DNA of 54,854 nucleotides from Trypethelium eluteriae (Eukaryota): NCBI GenBank assembly GCA_051942245.1, contig JAVECL010000095.1, positions 1 to 54,854 of the forward strand, read 5' to 3'. Shown piece by piece: positions 49,102 to 54,854 of this stretch (position 1 is its first letter; each line of letters starts with the position of its first letter). The notes under the pieces were generated by a model. It saw only the letters and a program-made list of their open reading frames with translations, ran no database searches and was not told where the DNA came from. The position numbers and the translations under genes were made by a program.

Positions 49102-51343
49102 CTACTTCTTATCGTGCGAAAGGCGATCCTTGATCTTTCCGAAGAAGCTCCTTCGCTTCTCCTTCTTGCTGCTCGTGCCACTCTCTGCGGTCTTCGTGCT
49201 GCTCGGGGTCGCATTCTTCACCGCTTCCTTCGCCTTGTCCGTAGTCTTGGCTGGCGTTGAAGGTTCCGCATTCTGTTGGGCATCCTGCTGGGCTTCCTGC
49301 TTCGCTGGTGCTTTGGCATCTGCGACTCCAGTTGTCACAGTGGGTTGATCTTGAGTGCGGGTTGGGGGCTTCGACATGGGAGAAACATCACGGGAGCGGT
49401 CGTCCTCAACGGGATCGGGCTGGGCGGCGAGTTGGCCGGTTTCCGTTGCAGCGGATTGAGCGGGCTGATCTTTAGTGGCGTTCAGGGCTCCGGCGTCAGG
49501 AGCGGGAGATTCGATAGCTTCCGTCGAGGATTTAAGCGGTTCGTCGGCAGCAAGGGAATTAGGCGCGAGGGCGGAGCTCTCTGTAGTGGTGGGATTTGTA
49601 GGGGCGGTTGCGGAAAGGGCAGAGACTTCGGCTGAGGTTGGCGCGGGCTCGCCGGCGGCTTCAGATAACTTGACTTCTTTAAGGAGTTCGTTCTCAACTT
49701 GAGACTTTTCGGTAACGGCCTCGGGGTTAGCAGCAGCTTCGGGTGATTCATGTGCGGTCTTTTGCGATTCAGTCACAACCTCAGGGACCTTGTCATCAGT
49801 TGCACGCTCCTTAGAAGTGAGGTTCATCTGGTCGATTGACTGTTGCACGGAAGTAGGCAGTCTGTCCTTAGCAGCTGAGGCAGCGCCGGCAACAGCTCCA
49901 CCAGCGGCGACAGCAGCTCCGCTTGCCATGGCAGCTAGCTTGCCTGTACTCCACCCACTCTCAGATGTGGGCTTCTCCTCCGGAACTTTGCTTTTGAGCT
50001 CATCCTCAACCTGCTTCTTCTCGGCCAGCGCTTCGGGTTGTGCAGAGGCTTCGGGATCGACGTTGGCTTTCTCTTGACTGTCTGAGACAACTGTGGGAAC
50101 ACCTTTGGGCTCCTTAGGCACTTGCCCAGCCAATTGCGCAGTCGTACTCGCAGGCGCTGCTGAAGAGACAGTCACACCTGGGTCTCGTTCTGAAGCTGTG
50201 CCTGATCCCATTGGGAGGCTTGACTCTGGTATCACTGCGCCTGTGCCCGGGGGCACACTAAACATGCCACCCTGCGTCGAATCTTGTTGTGTTGACTGCG
50301 TAGCACCCGGGCCAGCCTGAGGAGCTCCCGAAGAGCTTTGCTCGTATGAGGCTTTGTCGGTCTTGGCGGTTGAATCGATTGTATTCGAGGTGAGTGTGCT
50401 TGGGTCGGGGACAGGTTCGCCAGGTTTCAATTGCACTGGGTTTCCAGCGCCTGCGGTAGCCGGTATTGGTGCAACGCCAAATGTTTGCTCTGAGTCTTTA
50501 GCACTGCTGCTCAGTGCGGACTCTTCCTTAACTATAGATTGGCAACATTAGTCTCAGCATTGCATGATATGGTGAGTAGATTGGTCAATCAGGTCACAGT
50601 GTTTGGGCTGGTGAGGGTGACTGACCTTCATTAGCAGGCGTTTCTGGGAAAGCGCCGGGAAGTGATTCGCCTTGGCGTGGTACTTGAGCCGCCATTTGTG
50701 CAGTGGATGAAGTGGGGGCTGCCGAAGATATTGTAGCAGGGGTGATCTTGTCAGGGTGGAGGACGTTATTTATGTTTGACGCGCTATCTCGTTCCGAAGG
50801 AGCGGTGTGATCGGTGGTCCAGTTGCCGTCGGCGACGAACTGTCACATTGACTCGTTAGTGAAGAGCGCGCACGAGGTGCAAAGTCGGTGGGTGGAGTGT
50901 GGGAGACAAATAGACCAAGTGCAATCAGAAGACAGCTGCGCCGGTTGGGGCAAGGACGGATAACCTTAAGTTGCGTATGGTCGGTGATGCGCAATGTGGT
51001 CCATGCAACGTGCCCAGACTCAAGCGTACCTTGTAGTATATCTTATCGCTGATTTTTGGCAATTGTACCAGCTTTTCGAAGTGATCGCCCACTCTCTCCA
51101 TCTTTTCCTTCCGGGCCCAATCGTCAAACGTGCCAGTGACATAGACTTCGTTAGCGGGATGAGCCCTGCCATTTTGGTCAGCTCGTGTTTGATTGAGACA
51201 GCTCTATCACGATGCTCCGGAGCTTTCCCGCCCCCTGAAGGTAAACGAGGCAGAGCTTGTCAGAGTTGGCGGGGTAGGGAAACTTGGTCTGTGGGAGATT
51301 GGAGGAGAAGTGCGACATACCACTTGAACAGATAGCTCCCCAT
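49102..51343 (-). CDS. Crp1/Mdg1-like protein with an N-terminal AMPK-type carbohydrate-binding module (CBM48)
   Basis: Exons 51343-51321, 51165-51030, 50839-50626, 50531-49102 give MGSYLFKWAHPANEVYVTGTFDDW...IYYKFVADGNWTTD...NNVLHP, then LPGAFPETPA, GNPVQLKPGEPVPDP, internal repeats and the tail KEKRRSFFGKIK. Confidence 0.88.
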
Positions 51344-52281
51344 TTTCGGTACAAGCTTCGGAGGAAGGAGTACTGCAAAAGCTGGGGGAGGTGTATGGGG
51401 AAACTCGTTGGGGATTGACTATTGAGCTCGGAAATGCGCCGCTGGGACTGGTGGGGCCTTCAGAAGAGTGTTGAATGTGATACGGCGATCGAGTGTTTCA
51501 GGCGCGACGAGACCGTCTGGGAAGAGGTTCTGGCAGACGCAATGTCTAGGCGGGGCGAAAGCAGGGAAAAGGAGGCAGCAGGATTTGGCGGAGGAGCTTG
51601 AAAGAGGCTGGGGGCGAGGCGGGTGCGGAAAGATGGATTTCCTAGATCCGACTAGGGAACCACTTGACACTCAGAGATTAATACTCTCATCTCTCCCGGG
51701 CGACGCGAATATAAAGATGATATCATTGTGCAGTTTCACCACTGTCATTTGGGATATTTTGCACTCGAGGCTTCTTGACGAGCTTTCTTGGCATGCCCAC
51801 ATACCCGATATTTAGCCCATCGCTGCTTCTGAACTATGCATCCAGATAACAGCTCAAGCATGTGCCAGATGGGCCTTCGTTTAAGGGTTTGAATATGCAC
51901 GTAGGACCCGTTGGTGTGGGGCAGGCCGTTTCTCAGTTTTGCCTCCGCTGCGCTCGCTCTTCTATTATTTCACCATACTCATCCTCCTCACACTCTGGGG
52001 ACGCGAACCAATCTTTTTAGCTCTTCATCATGCCTTGTACCTTGTGTGCGCGCTTGAGGAAGGATAACTCTACTATCTCTGGCTTGTCGCTCGATCACTC
52101 AGATCAAGACAATTATCAGGGCATGGAATTAGGCACCCAGGGCCGTAAGTAGTACCTACTAATTACGGATACAGGTGAGGTCGATGGTCACAAACGGAAA
52201 TGCAGGTGCAGGTGCTCGCTAAGGCAAAGATGGGACGAGACGTGATTGGAGAAGGCGAGCTTCTAGAAGGCAGCAGCGTTT

Positions 52282-52310
52282 GCTTCGATTCAGCTTCGAT
52301 TCAGCTTCGA
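52282..52310. repeat. Short tandem repeat (GCTTCGATTCA) x about 2.6 in the Crp1-like/PKA-R divergent intergenic region
   Basis: gcttcgattca gcttcgattca gcttcga read directly from the sequence. Confidence 0.8.
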
Positions 52311-52729
52311 ACGATTCGACGGGATCCGTGCGCGTGCCCCGCAGCGTACGGTCGGCTAGTCAGAGGGCAGGCGCTGCTTGGGCATGTTGGTTTAAGGTGT
52401 CCCTTCCCGTCCACATCGTGAATTTGCTGCTGCTCCCATGCTGCCCTGTCGATTTTGGCCTCAGCCTCTCTCGTACGCCGTGCTTCTCCGTATTCAACTT
52501 CCATCGCGACTCCTCCCGTCCAGTTTTGCAATTCATCTCTCGTTGTCGCCGTCGTTCTGGCCGGTATAGACCGTGACCCACTTGGCGAGGAGCTCCCTGC
52601 ATCTCCCCTGTAAGGCCGGCCCTCTCCGACGTCAGATAGCCACACATACCCCTCAAGCTATTCTACCATCCTGCCCTACTGCTCATCCACGCCATCGCTG
52701 AGGGTCCCACCACTCCCCGCGACCTCCCA

Positions 52730-54232
52730 ATGTCGCTCCCCTCGGACCTCCCACCTGACTACGCGAATGAGATCAACTCCCTCAGCCGCGAGATCAAGAA
52801 CGCCCAGCCCACCGACGTCCTCCAATTCTGCGCCAATTTCTTCCTACGCCGCCTCGAATCCCAGCGCGCCGAGTTTCTGCTCGCACGACACCACACCTCT
52901 GCGTCCAAGGGCGGAGCCATGGCCGAGAGCAATTTCCCGGGCAACAATCCATTCTCGGGTGGCTCCGTTGGTTCTACCGCATTAGGTTCCGCTGCAGGGG
53001 CAGAGCGTGGAATGCATCGTCTGGAGGAAGAGGACGAAGGCGACATGTTTGCTTCGCCAACCGCCTCCTCCTTTCCTCCCAACGCCATGAATCGATCTCA
53101 TAACGCATCTTCTGTTTCTCCCTCTGCAGTCGGCAACGGTGCTTCAGATGCCACTGCCGGCGGTGCAGACGGTACGTTTGCTAACTTTACCGGCTTTGGC
53201 TCCTCCAGCGCTCGACGCGTCCCGAACCAAGGCAGTGTGACCTCGAATCCACAGAGCCCTCCGAGTGACAATCAATCCTTTCCCAACAACTATAACATGA
53301 ACCGTCGCACCTCCGTCTCCGCCGAATCACTCAACCCAACCTCCTCCAACGATAACTTCACCCCTCCTCACCATGCCAAGACAGCTGAGCAGCAAGCTCG
53401 CCTTCGCGCCGCCGTTGCCCACAATTTCCTCTTCTCCCACCTCGACGACGAGCAATCCGCCCAGGTTCTCGGCGCCCTGCAGGAGAAGGCCATTCCAGCC
53501 AAGGGTATCAAAGTCATCACCCAGGGCGACGAGGGGGACTACTTCTACGTCGTCGAACGCGGTAGCTTCGCCATTTATGTCAACCCGTCGGGACGTCTCG
53601 AGTCAGGCACTGAAGGGTTGGGCAACAAAGTCGGCGAGTGTGGTCCTGGTGGAAGCTTTGGCGAGCTCGCGCTCATGTACAATGCCCCCCGAGCCGCGAC
53701 TGTCGTCAGTCAGGAGCCCAGCACATTGTGGGCGCTCGATCGCATCACGTTTCGTCGTATCCTGATGGATAGCGCGTTTGCCCGCCGGCGAATGTACGAG
53801 AATTTTCTGGAGGAGGTGCCGCTGCTCGCGAGCTTGACGCCGTATGAACGGAGCAAGATCGCTGATGCTCTAGAGACGCACAAGTACCCTCCTGGTTCGA
53901 CAATTATCAAGGAAGGGGATGCAGGCGAGTCGTTCTTCATCTTGGAAGCGGGTGAGGCGGAGGTGTTCAAGCGGTCGAGCGGGGGGCGGCCAGTCCACAA
54001 ATATAAGAAGGGAGATTATTTTGGGGAGCTAGCACTGCTGAATGATGCTCCAAGAGCAGCGAGCGTCGTGAGTGCGACCGAGGTCAAAGTCGCGACGCTT
54101 GGCAAGGATGGTTTCCAGAGGTTGTTGGGACCAGTAGAGGGCATCATGAGGAGGAACGATCCTAGCAAGCGTGAATACGATGGTGTTGCCCCTGATGACT
54201 CTGACGTGGATCCATTGGCGCAAGGACGATAA
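52730..54232 (+). CDS. pkaR: cAMP-dependent protein kinase regulatory subunit (Bcy1/PkaR)
   Basis: Intronless 500-aa ORF with an N-terminal D/D (RIIa)-like domain (QPTDVLQFCANFF), inhibitor site RRTSVSAES and two cNMP-binding cassettes (FGELALMYNAPRAAT, FGELALLNDAPRAAS). Confidence 0.97.
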   Translation: MSLPSDLPPDYANEINSLSREIKNAQPTDVLQFCANFFLRRLESQRAEFLLARHHTSASKGGAMAESNFPGNNPFSGGSVGSTALGSAAGAERGMHRLEEEDEGDMFASPTASSFPPNAMNRSHNASSVSPSAVGNGASDATAGGADGTFANFTGFGSSSARRVPNQGSVTSNPQSPPSDNQSFPNNYNMNRRTSVSAESLNPTSSNDNFTPPHHAKTAEQQARLRAAVAHNFLFSHLDDEQSAQVLGALQEKAIPAKGIKVITQGDEGDYFYVVERGSFAIYVNPSGRLESGTEGLGNKVGECGPGGSFGELALMYNAPRAATVVSQEPSTLWALDRITFRRILMDSAFARRRMYENFLEEVPLLASLTPYERSKIADALETHKYPPGSTIIKEGDAGESFFILEAGEAEVFKRSSGGRPVHKYKKGDYFGELALLNDAPRAASVVSATEVKVATLGKDGFQRLLGPVEGIMRRNDPSKREYDGVAPDDSDVDPLAQGR

Positions 54233-54854
54233 ATCTACAAAAAGTTCGATGGGCTTCTCCTGGCTCTCTTGGGACGTTCTTCTTTTTAGCTCTACGGGAT
54301 GAACGGAGGTAAAGGCATCATTGGTGCGAGGGATATCTCGCCAGGCTCGCTGTTATTGCTAGAATACCGACCACCTACGGGTCGCTCCTACGTCTTGATA
54401 TCCTCTATGTATTGTGGAATTGGTTGAAATGAAATCATGCCCAACTCGGCTACTTTCCACTCTATCGTTCGAACCACACGGTCGGGCACGTCATCTGAAC
54501 CATCGGATATACCTGCAGCTGTGATCAAGTCATGCGCCGAATACTCTCCCCTGTCTGACCAAATGATGCATGAAGATGTCTGGTTACAAATCTTTGAAAA
54601 GGCTTATATTGCATTGTAACATATAGAAATCTCGTCAGAGCGAGTAAAGGGTATCATGCAAGATCGCCGCAGAAAACGCGTGGGACGTATAGATCTCGTC
54701 CATAGGTCGTTCTCAAAGTACTTTTGTTTCACCCCGAATCTTATCACTAAATCGTCACTTCCCTTCCCTAGACTCTCTCAAGCCTCACTTGCCCCAACCA
54801 CAGCACCCTCCCTCCTCCTCCTCAGAATCTCCTCCTTCAACCCCTCCGCCGCAG

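Noticed and set aside
1..54854. CRISPR arrays, prokaryotic defence systems, rRNA and tRNA genes
   Set aside because: The sequence is intron-containing fungal DNA; no regularly spaced repeat-spacer array or structural RNA gene was seen.

Overview
Eukaryotic (filamentous ascomycete, Pezizomycotina; class not determinable with certainty) gene-dense window with short spliceosomal introns. It holds about 19 protein-coding genes plus one decayed gene. In order: a partial F-box-family gene, SFP1-like C2H2 factor, eIF3a (TIF32), G-protein gamma subunit, NUC-1/Pho4-like bHLH, an uncharacterised secreted protein, a cytochrome P450, NAT3, a SAP/Tho1 protein, RTF2, a TFB6-like gene, a Ser/Gly-rich surface-protein pseudogene, a Cys-rich single-pass membrane protein, an HPM1-like methyltransferase, a membrane DnaJ protein, a PEX11-family gene, an alpha/beta hydrolase, phospholipase D (SPO14), a Crp1/Mdg1-like CBM48 protein and the PKA regulatory subunit. 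Two accessory-looking blocks (about 16.6-25.8 kb and 31-36 kb) interrupt the housekeeping genes. The best novelty candidate is the secreted, probably Kex2-processed protein at 18834-19988, whose LTGC-x14-H motif matches the Cys/His dyad spacing of CNF1-type deamidases. Other leads are a probable CUG-initiated N-terminal extension of Sfp1 and possible leaky-scanning isoforms of PKA-R. No tRNA, rRNA, CRISPR array or intact transposon was recognised. Exon boundaries were read by hand, and family assignments come from motif recall, not database searches.
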